A stretch of 64,000 nucleotides of DNA from Eledone cirrhosa (Eukaryota), in NCBI GenBank assembly GCA_964016885.1, contig OZ024744.1, positions 114,080,001 to 114,144,000 on the forward strand, given 5' to 3'. Shown here piece after piece: positions 15,001 through 29,854 of the stretch. Made by a program: the position numbers and the translations under genes. Positions within the stretch are counted from its first letter, which is position 1; every line of letters starts with the position of its first letter. A model generated the notes under the pieces. The model was not told the DNA's origin, did no database searches, and saw only the letters and a program-made list of their open reading frames with translations.

Positions 15001-18000
15001 GTCATGTAGGTCTCTGAACAAAAATTACCCAGTCCATACTGTAAAGTAGTCATGTAGGTGTCACAACAAAAAGTACCCAGTCCACACTGTAAAGTGGTCA
15101 TATAGATGTCACAACAAAAAGCAACCAGTACCCACTATAAATTGGTCATGACAAAAAGTACCCAGTACACACTGTAAAGTGGTCATGAGGTGCTACAACA
15201 AAAAGTACGCAGTACACACCGTAAAGTGATCAAGTAGGTGTCTCAACATAAAGTACCCAGTCGACACCGTAAAGTGATCATATAGGTGTCAAAACAAAAT
15301 TACCCAGTACACAATGTAAAGTGGTGAAGTATGTACCACAACAAAGAGTACCCAGTACACACTGTAAAGTGGTCATGTAGGTGTCACAACAAAAACTACC
15401 AAGTACACACTGTAAAGTGTCATGTAGGTGTCACAACAAAAATAACCCAGTCCACTTTGTAAAGTGTTCATGTAGGAGTCACAACAAAAAGTACCCAGTG
15501 CACACTGTAAAGTAGTCATAAAGGTGTCACAACTAAAAGTACCCAGTACACACTGTAAAGTGGTCATGTAGGTGTCATGACAAAAATTACCAAGTACACA
15601 CTGTAAAGTGGTCATGTAGGTGTCATGACAAAAATTACCCAGTACACACTGTAAAGTGGTCATGTAGGTGTCATGACAAAAATTACCCAGTACACACTGT
15701 AAAGTGTTCATGTAGGTCTCAGGACAAAGAATACCCAGTCCATACTGTAAAGCGGTGAGATAGGTGTCACAACGAAAAGTAGCAAGTACACACTGTAAAG
15801 TGCTCATGCAGGTGTCACTATAAAAATTACCCAGTACACACTGTAAAGAGTTTGTGTAGGTCTCACAACAAAGCGGCACCCTGTCCACACGGTAAAGTGG
15901 TCATGTAGCTGTCACAAACACACAGTACACATTGTGAAGTGGTCATGTAACTGTCACAACAAAAAACACCCATTCCACACTGTAAAATGGTCAGGAAGGT
16001 GTGACAACAAATACTACCCAGTAGGTGTCACAAGAAAAAACACCCAGTATACATTGTGAAGTGTCACATTGTAGGTGTCACAACAAAAAGCACCCAGTGC
16101 ACACTGTAAAGTGGTCATGTAGGTGTCATGACAAAAGGTACCCAGTACACACTGTAAAGTGGTCATGTAGGTGTCACAACAAAAAGTACCTAGTACACAA
16201 TGTAAAGTTTTCACGTAGGTATCACAACAAAAAGTACCCAATCCACCCTGTAAAGTGGTCATGCAGGTGTCACAACAAAACGTACCCAGTACACACTGTA
16301 AAGTGGTCACAGCAAAAAGTACCCAGTACACACTGTAAAGTGGTCATGTTGGTGTCACAACAAAAAGTACCTAGTACACTCTAAAGTGGTCATGTAGGTG
16401 TCACTACAAAAAGTACCCAGTACACATTGTGCAGTGGTTATGTATGTGTCACAACATAATGTACCCAATACACTCTAAAGTGGTCATGTAGGTGTCACTA
16501 TAAAAAGTACCCAGTACACACTGTAAAGTGGTCATGTAGGTGTCACTACAAAAAGTACCCAGTACACACTGTAAAGTGGTCATGTAGGTGTCACAACAAA
16601 AAGTACCCAGTGCACTCTGTAAAGTGGTCATGTAGGTCTCTGAACAAAAATTACCCAGTCCATACTGTAAAGTAGTCATGTAGGTGTCACAACAAAAAGT
16701 ACCCAGTCCACACTGTAAAGTGGTCATATAGATGTCACAACAAAAAGCAACCAGTACCCACTATAAATTGGTCATGACAAAAAGTACCCAGTACACACTG
16801 TAAAGTGGTCATGAGGTGCTACAACAAAAAGTACGCAGTACACACCGTAAAGTGATCAAGTAGGTGTCTCAACATAAAGTACCCAGTCGACACCGTAAAG
16901 TGATCATATAGGTGTCAAAACAAAATTACCCAGTACACAATGTAAAGTGGTGAAGTATGTACCACAACAAAGAGTACCCAGTACACACTGTAAAGTGGTC
17001 ATGTAGGTGTCACAACAAAAACTACCAAGTACACACTGTAAAGTGTCATGTAGGTGTCACAACAAAAATAACCCAGTCCACTTTGTAAAGTGTTCATGTA
17101 GGAGTCACAACAAAAAGTACCCAGTGCACACTGTAAAGTAGTCATAAAGGTGTCACAACTAAAAGTACCCAGTACACACTGTAAAGTGGTCATGTAGGTG
17201 TCATGACAAAAATTACCAAGTACACACTGTAAAGTGGTCATGTAGGTGTCATGACAAAAATTACCCAGTACACACTGTAAAGTGGTCATGTAGGTGTCAT
17301 GACAAAAATTACCCAGTACACACTGTAAAGTGTTCATGTAGGTCTCAGGACAAAGAATACCCAGTCCATACTGTAAAGCGGTGAGATAGGTGTCACAACG
17401 AAAAGTAGCAAGTACACACTGTAAAGTGCTCATGCAGGTGTCACTATAAAAATTACCCAGTACACACTGTAAAGAGTTTGTGTAGGTCTCACAACAAAGC
17501 GGCACCCTGTCCACACGGTAAAGTGGTCATGTAGCTGTCACAAACACACAGTACACATTGTGAAGTGGTCATGTAACTGTCACAACAAAAAACACCCATT
17601 CCACACTGTAAAATGGTCAGGAAGGTGTGACAACAAATACTACCCAGTAGGTGTCACAAGAAAAAACACCCAGTATACATTGTGAAGTGTCACATTGTAG
17701 GTGTCACAACAAAAAGCACCCAGTGCACACTGTAAAGTGGTCATGTAGGTGTCATGACAAAAGGTACCCAGTACACACTGTAAAGTGGTCATGTAGGTGT
17801 CACAACAAAAAGTACCTAGTACACAATGTAAAGTTTTCACGTAGGTATCACAACAAAAAGTACCCAATCCACCCTGTAAAGTGGTCATGCAGGTGTCACA
17901 ACAAAACGTACCCAGTACACACTGTAAAGTGGTCACAGCAAAAAGTACCCAGTACACACTGTAAAGTGGTCATGTTGGTGTCACAACAAAAAGTACCTAG

Positions 18001-21000
18001 TACACTCTAAAGTGGTCATGTAGGTGTCACTACAAAAAGTACCCAGTACACATTGTGCAGTGGTTATGTATGTGTCACAACATAATGTACCCAATACACT
18101 CTAAAGTGGTCATGTAGGTGTCACTATAAAAAGTACCCAGTACACACTGTAAAGTGGTCATGTAGGTGTCACTACAAAAAGTACCCAGTACACACTGTAA
18201 AGTGGTCATGTAGGTGTCACAACAAAAATACCCAATACACACTGTAAAATAGTCATGTAGGTATCACTACAAAAAGTACTCAGTACACACTGTAAAGTGG
18301 TCATGTAGGTGTCATGACAAAATTACCCAATCCACACTCTAAAGTCCTCATGTAGGTGTCACAACAAAAAGCACCCAGTCCACACTGTAAAGTGGTCATG
18401 TAGGTGTCACAACAAAAAGTACCCACTACACACTGTAAAGTGGTCATGTAGGTGTCACAACAAAAGGTACCCAATCCACGCTGTAAAGTGGTCTTGTAGG
18501 TGTCACAACAAAAAGTACCCAGTACACACTGTAAAGTGGTCATGTAGGTGTCACAACAAAACTAACCAGTACACACTGTAAAGTGGTCATGTAGGTGTCA
18601 CAACAAAAGGTACCCAGTACACACTGTAAAGTGGTCATGTAGGTGTCACAACAAAAAGTACCTAGAACACATTGTAAAGTGGTCATGTAGCTGTACCAAC
18701 AAAAAATACCCAGTACACACTGTAAAGTGGTCATGTAGGTGACACAACAAAAAGTTCCTAGTACACAGAGTAAAGTGGTAATGAAGGTGTCACAACAAAA
18801 AGTACCCAGTCCACACTGTAAAGTGGTCATGTAGGTGTCAACAAAAATTACCCAGTACACACTGTAAAGTGGTCATGTAGGTGTCACAACAAAAAGTACC
18901 TAGTACACACTGTAAAGTGGTCATGTAGGTGTCACAACAAAAAGTACCTAGTACACACTGTAAAGTGGTCATGCAGGTGTCACAACAAAAAGTACCCAGT
19001 ACACACTGTAAAGTGGTCATGCAGGTGTCATAACAAAAAGTACTCAGTACACACTGTAAAGTGGTCATGTAGGTGTCACAACAAAAAGTACCTGGTACAC
19101 GCTGTAAAGTGGTTATGTAGGTGTCACAACAAAAGGTACCCAGTTCACACTGTAAAGTGGTCATGTAGGTGTTACAACAAAAAGTACCAAGTACACACTG
19201 TAAAGTGGTCATGTAGGTGTCACAACAAAAGGTATCCAGTACACACTGTAAAGTAGTCATGTAGGTGTCACTAGAAAAATTACCCAGTTCACACTGTAAG
19301 GTAGTGATGTAGGTGTCGCAACAAAATGTACCCAGTACACACTGTATAGTGGTCATGTAGGTCTCACAACACGCAGTCCACACTGTAAAATGGTCATGTA
19401 GGTGTCTGAATAAAAATTACCAAGTCCACAATGTAAAGTTCTCATGTAGGTGTCACAACAAAAAGCATCCGGTCCACACTGTAAAGTCTTGTAGGTGTCA
19501 CAACAAAAAGTACCCAGTACACACTGTATAGTGGTCATGTAGGTGTCACAACAAAATGTAACCAGTACACACTGTAAAATAGTCATGTATGCGTCACAAC
19601 AAAATTACCCAGTCCACACTGTAAAGTGGTCATGTAGATGTCATGACAATAAGTACACAGCACACAATGTAATGTAGCCATGTAGATGTCAGAACAAAAT
19701 GTACCCAGTACACACTCTAAAGTGGTCATGTAGGCGTCACAAAAAATACCCAGTACACATTGTAAAGTGGTCATGTAGGTGTCATGACAAAAAGTACCCA
19801 GTACACACTGTAAAGTGGTCATGTAGGTGTCACAACAAAAGGTACCCAGTATACACTGTAAAGTAGTCATGTAGGTGTCACAACAAAATTACCCAACCAC
19901 ACTCTAAAGTGCTCATCTAGGTGTCACAACAAAAATCACTCAGTCCACACTGTAAAGTGGTCATGTAGGTGTCACAACAAAAAGTACCCAGTACACACTG
20001 TAAAGTGGTCATGTAGTTGTCTCAACAAAAAGTACCCAGTAGACACTGTAAAGTGGTCATGTAGGTGTCACTACAAAAAGTACCCAGTACACACTGTAAA
20101 GTGGTCATGTAGGTGTCACAACAAAAATACCCAGTACACACTGTAAAGTGGTCATGCAGGTGTCACAACAAAAAGTACCCAGTACACACTGTAAAGTGGT
20201 CACAGCAAAAAGTACCCAGTACACACTGCAAAGTGGTCATGTAGGTGTCACAACAAAAAGTACCCAGAACACAATGTAAAGTTTTCACGTAGGTATCACA
20301 ACAAAAAGTACCCAATCCACCCTGTAAAGTGGTCATGTAGGTGTCACAACCAAAAGTACCCAGTACACACTGTAAAGTGGTCATGTAGGTGTCACAACAA
20401 AACTACGCAGTACACACTGTAAAGTGGTCATGTAGGTATCACAATAAAAAGTACCCAGTACACACTGTAAAGTGGTCATGTTGGTGTCACAACAAAAAGT
20501 ACCTAGTACACTCTAAAGAGGTCATGTAGGTGTCACTACAAAAAGTACCCAGTACACACTGTGCAGTGGTTATGTATGTGTCACAAGAAAATGTACCCAG
20601 TACACTCTAAAGTGGTCATGTAGGTGTCAACAAAAAGTACCCACTACAAACTGTAAAGTGGTCCTGTAGGTGTCACAATGAAAACTACCCAGTACACTGT
20701 AAAGTGGTCATGTAGGTGTCACAACAAAAAGTACCTAGTACACACTGTAAAGTGGTCATGTAGGTGTCACAACAAAAAGTACCCACTACACACTGTAAAG
20801 TGGTCCTGTAGGTGTCACAACAAAAACTACACAGTACTGACTGTGAAGTGGTCATGTAGGTGTCACAACAAAAAGTACCCAGTACACACTGTAAAGTGAT
20901 CATGTCGGTGTCACAACAAAAAGTACCCAGTATACACTGTAAAGTGTTCATGTAGGTGTCACAACAAAAAGTACCCAGTACACACTGTAAAGTGGTCATG

Positions 21001-24000
21001 TAGATGTCACAACAACAAGTACCCAGTACACGCTGTAAAGTGGTCATGTAGGTGTCATAACAAAAGGTACCCAGTCCACACTGTAAAGTGGTCATGTAGG
21101 TATCACAACAAAAAGTACCCAGTACACACTGTAAAGTGATCATGTAGGTGTCACAACAAAAAGTACCCACTACACACTGTAAAGTGGTCATGTAGGTGTC
21201 ATGACAAAATTACCCAATCCACACTCTAAAGTCCTCATGTAGGTGTCACAACAAAAAGCACCCAGTCCACACTGTAAAGTGGTCATGTAGGTGTCACAAC
21301 AAAAAGTACCCACTACACACTGTAAGGTGGTCATGTAGGTGTCACAACAAAAGGTACCCAGTCCACACTGTAAAGTGGTCATGTAGGTGTCACAACAAAA
21401 AGTACCCAGTACACACTGTAAAGTGGTCATGTAGGTGTCACAACAAAACTACCCAGTACACACTGTAAAGTGGTCATGTAGGTATCACAATAAAAAGTAC
21501 CCAGTACACACTGTAAAGTGGTCATGTTGGTGTCACAACAAAAAGTACCTAGTACACTCTAAAGAGGTCATGTAGGTGTCACTACAAAAAGTACCCAGTA
21601 CACACTGTGCAGTGGTTATGTATGTGTCACAACATAATGTACCCAATACACTCTAAAGTGGTCATGTAGGTGTCACTATAAAAAGTACCCAGTACACACT
21701 GTGCAGTGGTTATGTATGTGTCACAAGAAAATGTACCCAGTACACTCTAAAGTGGTCATGTAGGTGTCAACAAAAAGTACCCACTACAAACTGTAAAGTG
21801 GTCCTGTAGGTGTCACAATGAAAACTACCCAGTACACTGTAAAGTGGTCATGTAGGTGTCACAACAAAAAGTACCTAGTACACACTGTAAAGTGGTCATG
21901 TAGGTGTCACAACAAAAAGTACCCACTACACACTGTAAAGTGGTCCTGTAGGTGTCACAACAAAAACTACACAGTACTGACTGTGAAGTGGTCATGTAGG
22001 TGTCACAACAAAAAGTACCCAGTACACACTGTAAAGTGATCATGTCGGTGTCACAACAAAAAGTACCCAGTATACACTGTAAAGTGTTCATGTAGGTGTC
22101 ACAACAAAAAGTACCCAGTACACACTGTAAAGTGGTCATGTAGGTGTCACAACAACAAGTACCCAGTACACGCTGTAAAGTGGTCATGTAGGTGTCATAA
22201 CAAAAGGTACCCAGTCCACACTGTAAAGTGGTCATGTAGGTATCACAACAAAAAGTACCCAGTACACACTGTAAAGTGATCATGTAGGTGTCACAACAAA
22301 AAGTACCCACTACACACTGTAAAGAGGTCATGTAGGTGTCATGACAAAATTACCCAATCCACACTCTAAAGTCCTCATGTAGGTGTCACAACAAAAAGTA
22401 CCCAGTACACACTGTAAAGTGGTCATGTAGGTGTCACAACAAAAAGTACCTAGTACACACTGTAAAGTGGTCATGCAGGTGTCACAACAAAAAGTACCCA
22501 GTACACACTGTAAAGTGGTCACGCAGGTGTCACAGCAAAAAGTACCCAGTACACACTGTAAAGTGGTTATGTAGGTGTCACAACAAAAAGTACCCAGAAC
22601 ACAATGTAAAGTGTTCATGTAGGTTTCACAACAAAAAGTACCCAACCACCCTGTAAAGTGGTCATGTAGGTGTCACAACCAAAAGTACCCAGTCTACACT
22701 GTAAAGTGGTCATGTAGGTGTCACAACAAAACTACCCAGTACACACTGTAAAGTGGTCATGTAGGTGTCACAACAAAAGGTACCCAGTACACACTGTAAA
22801 GTGGTCATGTAGGTGTCACAACAAAAAGTACCTAGAACACATTGTAAAGTGGTCATGTAGCTGTACCAACAAAAAGTACCCAGTACACACTGTAAAGTGG
22901 TCATGCAGGTGTCACAACAAAAAGTACCCAGTACACACTGTAAAGTGGTCATGTAGGTGTCACAACAAAAAGTACGCAGTACACACTGTAAAGTGGTCAT
23001 GTAGGTGTCACAACAAAAAGTACCCAGTACACACTGTAAAGTGGTCATGTAGGTGTCACGATAAAAAGTACCCAGTACACACTGTAAAGTGGTCATGTAG
23101 GTGTCACAACAAAAAGTACCCAGAACACACTGTAAAGTGGTCATGTAGGTGTCACAACAAAAAGTACTCTGTACACTGTAAAGTGTTCATGTAGGTGTCA
23201 CAACAAAAAGCACCCAGTGCACACTGTAAAGTGGTCATGTATGTGTCATGACAAAAAGTACCCAGTACACACTGTAAAGTGGTCATGTAGGTAACACAAC
23301 AAAAAGTACCCAGTACACACTGTAAAGTGGTCATGTATGTGTCACAACAAAAAGTACCCAGTACACACTGTAAAGTGGTCATGTAGGTATCACAACAAAA
23401 AGTACCCAGTACACACTGTAAAGTGGTCATGTAGGTGTCACAACAAAAAGTACCCAGTACACACTGTAAAGTGGTCATGTAGGTATCACAACAAAAAGTA
23501 CCCAGTACACACTGTAAAGTGGTCATGTAGGTGTCACAACAAAAAGTACCCAGTACACACTGTAAAGTGGTCATGTAGGTGTCACAACAAAACATACCCA
23601 GTACACACTGTAAAGTGGTCATGTAGGTGTCATGACAAAACATACCCAGTACACACTGTAAAGTGGTCATGTAGGTGTCACAATAAAAAGTACCCAGTAC
23701 ACACTGTAAAGTGGTCATGTAGGTGTCACAACAAAAAGTACCCAGTACACACTGTAAAGTGGTCATGTAGGTGTCACAACAAAAAGTACCCAGTACACAC
23801 TGTAAAGTGGTCATGTAGGTGTCACAACAAAAAGTACCTGGTACACGCTGTAAAGTGGTTATGTAGGTGTCACAACAAAAGGTACCCAGTTCACACTGTA
23901 AAGTGGTCATGTAGGTGTTACAACAAAAAGTACCAAGTACACACTGTAAAGTGGTCATGTAGGTGTCACAACAAAAGGTATCCAGTACACACTGTAAAGT

Positions 24001-27000
24001 AGTCATGTAGGTGTCACTAGAAAAATTACCCAGTTCACACTGTAAGGTAGTGATGTAGGTGTCGCAACAAAATGTACCCAGTACACACTGTATAGTGGTC
24101 ATGTAGGTCTCACAACACGCAGTCCACACTGTAAAATGGTCATGTAGGTGTCTGAATAAAAATTACCAAGTCCACAATGTAAAGTTCTCATGTAGGTGTC
24201 ACAACAAAAAGCATCCGGTCCACACTGTAAAGTCTTGTAGGTGTCACAACAAAAAGTACCCAGTACACACTGTATAGTGGTCATGTAGGTGTCACAACAA
24301 AATGTAACCAGTACACACTGTAAAATAGTCATGTATGCGTCACAACAAAATTACCCAGTCCACACTGTAAAGTGGTCATGTAGATGTCATGACAATAAGT
24401 ACACAGCACACAATGTAATGTAGCCATGTAGATGTCAGAACAAAATGTACCCAGTACACACTCTAAAGTGGTCATGTAGGCGTCACAAAAAATACCCAGT
24501 ACACATTGTAAAGTGGTCATGTAGGTGTCATGACAAAAAGTACCCAGTACACACTGTAAAGTGGTCATGTAGGTGTCACAACAAAAGGTACCCAGTATAC
24601 ACTGTAAAGTAGTCATGTAGGTGTCACAACAAAATTACCCAACCACACTCTAAAGTGCTCATCTAGGTGTCACAACAAAAATCACTCAGTCCACACTGTA
24701 AAGTGGTCATGTAGGTGTCACAACAAAAAGTACCCAGTACACACTGTAAAGTGGTCATGTAGTTGTCTCAACAAAAAGTACCCAGTAGACACTGTAAAGT
24801 GGTCATGTAGGTGTCACTACAAAAAGTACCCAGTACACACTGTAAAGTGGTCATGTAGGTGTCACAACAAAAATACCCAGTACACACTGTAAAGTGGTCA
24901 TGCAGGTGTCACAACAAAAAGTACCCAGTACACACTGTAAAGTGGTCACAGCAAAAAGTACCCAGTACACACTGCAAAGTGGTCATGTAGGTGTCACAAC
25001 AAAAAGTACCCAGAACACAATGTAAAGTTTTCACGTAGGTATCACAACAAAAAGTACCCAATCCACCCTGTAAAGTGGTCATGTAGGTGTCACAACCAAA
25101 AGTACCCAGTACACACTGTAAAGTGGTCATCTAGGTGTCACAACAAAACTACGCAGTACACACTGTAAAGTGGTCATGTAGGTATCACAATAAAAAGTAC
25201 CCAGTACACACTGTAAAGTGGTCATGTTGGTGTCACAACAAAAAGTACCTAGTACACTCTAAAGAGGTCATGTAGGTGTCACTACAAAAAGTACCCAGTA
25301 CACACTGTGCAGTGGTTATGTATGTGTCACAAGAAAATGTACCCAGTACACTCTAAAGTGGTCATGTAGGTGTCAACAAAAAGTACCCACTACAAACTGT
25401 AAAGTGGTCCTGTAGGTGTCACAATGAAAACTACCCAGTACACTGTAAAGTGGTCATGTAGGTGTCACAACAAAAAGTACCTAGTACACACTGTAAAGTG
25501 GTCATGTAGGTGTCACAACAAAAAGTACCCACTACACACTGTAAAGTGGTCCTGTAGGTGTCACAACAAAAACTACACAGTACTGACTGTGAAGTGGTCA
25601 TGTAGGTGTCACAACAAAAAGTACCCAGTACACACTGTAAAGTGATCATGTCGGTGTCACAACAAAAAGTACCCAGTATACACTGTAAAGTGTTCATGTA
25701 GGTGTCACAACAAAAAGTACCCAGTACACACTGTAAAGTGGTCATGTAGGTGTCACAACAACAAGTACCCAGTACACGCTGTAAAGTGGTCATGTAGGTG
25801 TCATAACAAAAGGTACCCAGTACACACTGTAAAGTGGTCATGTAGATGTCATGACAAAAAGTACCCAGTCCACACTGTAAAGTGGTCATGTAGGTGTCAC
25901 AACAAAAAGTACCCAGTACACACTGTAAAGTGGTCATGTAGGTATCACAACAAAAAGTACCCAGTACACACTGTAAAGTGATCATGTAGGTGTCACAACA
26001 AAAAGTACCCACTACACACTGTAAAGTGGTCATGTAGGTGTCATGACAAAATTACCCAATCCACACTCTAAAGTCCTCATGTAGGTGTCACAACAAAAAG
26101 CACCCAGTCCACACTGTAAAGTGGTCATGTAGGTGTCACAACAAAAAGTACCCACTACACACTGTAAGGTGGTCATGTAGGTGTCACAACAAAAGGTACC
26201 CAGTCCACACTGTAAAGTGGTCATGTAGGTGTCACAACAAAAAGTACCCAGTACACACTGTAAAGTGGTCATGTAGGTGTCACAACAAAACTACCCAGTA
26301 CACACTGTAAAGTGGTCATGTAGGTATCACAATAAAAAGTACCCAGTACACACTGTAAAGTGGTCATGTTGGTGTCACAACAAAAAGTACCTAGTACACT
26401 CTAAAGAGGTCATGTAGGTGTCACTACAAAAAGTACCCAGTACACACTGTGCAGTGGTTATGTATGTGTCACAACATAATGTACCCAATACACTCTAAAG
26501 TGGTCATGTAGGTGTCACTATAAAAAGTACCCAGTACACACTGTGCAGTGGTTATGTATGTGTCACAAGAAAATGTACCCAGTACACTCTAAAGTGGTCA
26601 TGTAGGTGTCAACAAAAAGTACCCACTACAAACTGTAAAGTGGTCCTGTAGGTGTCACAATGAAAACTACCCAGTACACTGTAAAGTGGTCATGTAGGTG
26701 TCACAACAAAAAGTACCTAGTACACACTGTAAAGTGGTCATGTAGGTGTCACAACAAAAAGTACCCACTACACACTGTAAAGTGGTCCTGTAGGTGTCAC
26801 AACAAAAACTACACAGTACTGACTGTGAAGTGGTCATGTAGGTGTCACAACAAAAAGTACCCAGTACACACTGTAAAGTGATCATGTCGGTGTCACAACA
26901 AAAAGTACCCAGTATACACTGTAAAGTGTTCATGTAGGTGTCACAACAAAAAGTACCCAGTACACACTGTAAAGTGGTCATGTAGGTGTCACAACAACAA

Positions 27001-29037
27001 GTACCCAGTACACGCTGTAAAGTGGTCATGTAGGTGTCATAACAAAAGGTACCCAGTCCACACTGTAAAGTGGTCATGTAGGTATCACAACAAAAAGTAC
27101 CCAGTACACACTGTAAAGTGATCATGTAGGTGTCACAACAAAAAGTACCCACTACACACTGTAAAGTGGTCATGTAGGTGTCATGACAAAATTACCCAAT
27201 CCACACTCTAAAGTCCTCATGTAGGTGTCACAACAAAAAGCACCCAGTCCACACTGTAAAGTGGTCATGTAGGTGTCACAACAAAAAGTACCCACTACAC
27301 ACTGTAAGGTGGTCATGTAGGTGTCACAACAAAAGGTACCCAGTCCACACTGTAAAGTGGTCATGTAGGTGTCACAACAAAAAGTACCCAGTACACACTG
27401 TAAAGTGGTCATGTAGGTGTCACAACAAAAAGTACCTAGTACACACTGTAAAGTGGTCATGCAGGTGTCACAACAAAAAGTACCCAGTACACACTGTAAA
27501 GTGGTCACGCAGGTGTCACAGCAAAAAGTACCCAGTACACACTGTAAAGTGGTTATGTAGGTGTCACAACAAAAAGTACCCAGAACACAATGTAAAGTGT
27601 TCATGTAGGTTTCACAACAAAAAGTACCCAACCACCCTGTAAAGTGGTCATGTAGGTGTCACAACCAAAAGTACCCAGTCTACACTGTAAAGTGGTCATG
27701 TAGGTGTCACAACAAAACTACCCAGTACACACTGTAAAGTGGTCATGTAGGTGTCACAACAAAAGGTACCCAGTACACACTGTAAAGTGGTCATGTAGGT
27801 GTCACAACAAAAAGTACCTAGAACACATTGTAAAGTGGTCATGTAGCTGTACCAACAAAAAGTACCCAGTACACACTGTAAAGTGGTCATGCAGGTGTCA
27901 CAACAAAAAGTACCCAGTACACACTGTAAAGTGGTCATGTAGGTGTCACAACAAAAAGTACGCAGTACACACTGTAAAGTGGTCATGTAGGTGTCACAAC
28001 AAAAAGTACCCAGTACACACTGTAAAGTGGTCATGTAGGTGTCACGATAAAAAGTACCCAGTACACACTGTAAAGTGGTCATGTAGGTGTCACAACAAAA
28101 AGTACCCAGAACACACTGTAAAGTGGTCATGTAGGTGTCACAACAAAAAGTACTCTGTACACTGTAAAGTGTTCATGTAGGTGTCACAACAAAAAGCACC
28201 CAGTGCACACTGTAAAGTGGTCATGTATGTGTCATGACAAAAAGTACCCAGTACACACTGTAAAGTGGTCATGTAGGTATCACAACAAAAAGTACCCAGT
28301 ACACACTGTAAAGTGGTCATGTATGTGTCACAACAAAAAGTACCCAGTACACACTGTAAAGTGGTCATGTAGGTATCACAACAAAAAGTACCCAGTACAC
28401 ACTGTAAAGTGGTCATGTAGGTGTCACAACAAAAAGTACCCAGTACACACTGTAAAGTGGTCATGTAGGTATCACAACAAAAAGTACCCAGTACACACTG
28501 TAAAGTGGTCATGTAGGTGTCACAACAAAAAGTACCCAGTACACACTGTAAAGTGGTTATGTAGGTGTCACAACAAAACATACCCAGTACACACTGTAAA
28601 GTGGTCATGTAGGTGTCATGACAAAACATACCCAGTACACACTGTAAAGTGGTCATGTAGGTGTCACAATAAAAAGTACCCAGTACACACTGTAAAGTGG
28701 TCATGTAGGTGTCACAACAAAAAGTACCCAGTACACACTGTAAAGTGGTCATGTAGGTGTCACAACAAAAAGTACCTAGTACACACTGTAAAGTGGTCAT
28801 GTAGGTGTCATGACAAAACATACCCAGTACACACTGTAAAGTGGTCATGTAGGTGTCACAACAAAAAGTACCCAGTACACACTGTAAAGTGGTCATGTAG
28901 GTGTCACAACAAAAAGTACCTAGTACACACTGTAAAGTGGTCATGTAGGTGTCACAACAAAAAGTACCCAGTACACACTGTAAAGTGGTCATGTAGGTGT
29001 CACAACAAAAAGTACCCAGAACACACTGTAAAGTGGT
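1..29037 (+). repeat. 48-bp tandem satellite, about 600 monomers, open at the left edge; consensus CAGTACACACTGTAAAGTGGTCATGTAGGTGTCACAACAAAAAGTACC
   Basis: The monomer is read directly throughout. The ORF track shows a 16-aa periodicity (MTTLQCVLGTFCCDTY). Identical variant blocks recur at offsets of 1140, 1626, 6698, 8249 and 16573 bp. Confidence 0.99.
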
Positions 29038-29075
29038 TCCTGTTAGAAACGACATCCAGCTGTAGAAACCAAACC
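29038..29075 (+). mobile_element. SINE body segment continuing from the satellite
   Basis: TGTTAGAAACGACATCCAGCTGTAGAAACC matches TGTTAGGAAGGGCATCCAGCTGTAGAAA in dispersed SINE copies (61480-61508, and the reverse complement of about 38360-38390). Confidence 0.85.
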
Positions 29076-29116
29076 ATAAATGCGGATGTAAGAATATTGA
29101 CGTTGATGATGTTGAT

Positions 29117-29854
29117 GAACCAGTTCTGTGTGAGCAAGACACTGTCACATGACCTGACTTGCCTCAAATCGGACAACCCGTTTAGCCCATGCTAGTATGA
29201 ACCAGTTCTGTGTGAGCAAGACGCTGTCACTTGACCTGACTTGCCTCAAATGGGACAACCCGTCTAGCCCATGCTAGTACGAACCAGTTCTGTGTGAGCA
29301 AGACACTGTCACTTGATCTGACTTGCCTCAAATGGGACAACCCGTTTAGCCCATGCTCGTATAAACCCGTTCTGTGTGAGCAAGACACTGTCACATGACC
29401 TGACTTGCCTCAAATGGGACAACCCGTCTAGCCCATGCTAGTATGAACCAGTTCTGTATGAGCCAGACACTGTCACTTGATCTGACTTCCCTGAAATGGG
29501 ACAACCCGTCTAGCCCATGCTAGTATGAACCAGTTCTGTGTGAGCCAGACACTGTCACTTGATCTGACTTCCCTGAAATGGGACAACCCGTCTAGCCCAT
29601 GCTAGTATGAACCAGTTCTGTGTGAGCCAGACACTGTCACTTGATCTGACTTCCCTGAAATGGGACAACCCGTCTAGCCCATGCTAGTATGAACCAGTTC
29701 TGTGTGAACCAGACACTGTCACATGACCTGACTTGCCTCAAATGGGACAACCCGTTTAGCCCATGCTAGTACGAACCAGTTCTGTGTGAGCCAGACACTG
29801 TCACATGACCTGACTTGCCTCAAATGGGACAACCCGTCTAGCCCATGCTAGTAT
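29117..29854 (+). repeat. 82-bp minisatellite, 9 copies, derived from the SINE/RTE-like 3' region
   Basis: GAACCAGTTCTGTGTGAGC... recurs at 29117, 29199, 29281 ... 29773. The unit resembles the reverse complement of 59067-59147 and is followed by an RTE-like end (GGAAAATAGATGTTAAA). Confidence 0.95.

Noticed and set aside
1-29037. CRISPR-like array
   Set aside because: Contiguous monomers with no unique spacers, no cas genes, and a eukaryotic context.
426-29195. Cys-rich repeat ORFs (MTTLQCVLGTFCCDTY and HTVKWSCRCHNKKYPV) resembling metallothionein or keratin-associated proteins
   Set aside because: A 48-bp monomer is divisible by 3 and stop-free in some frames on both strands. Frequent frameshifting indels and the SINE origin argue against coding.
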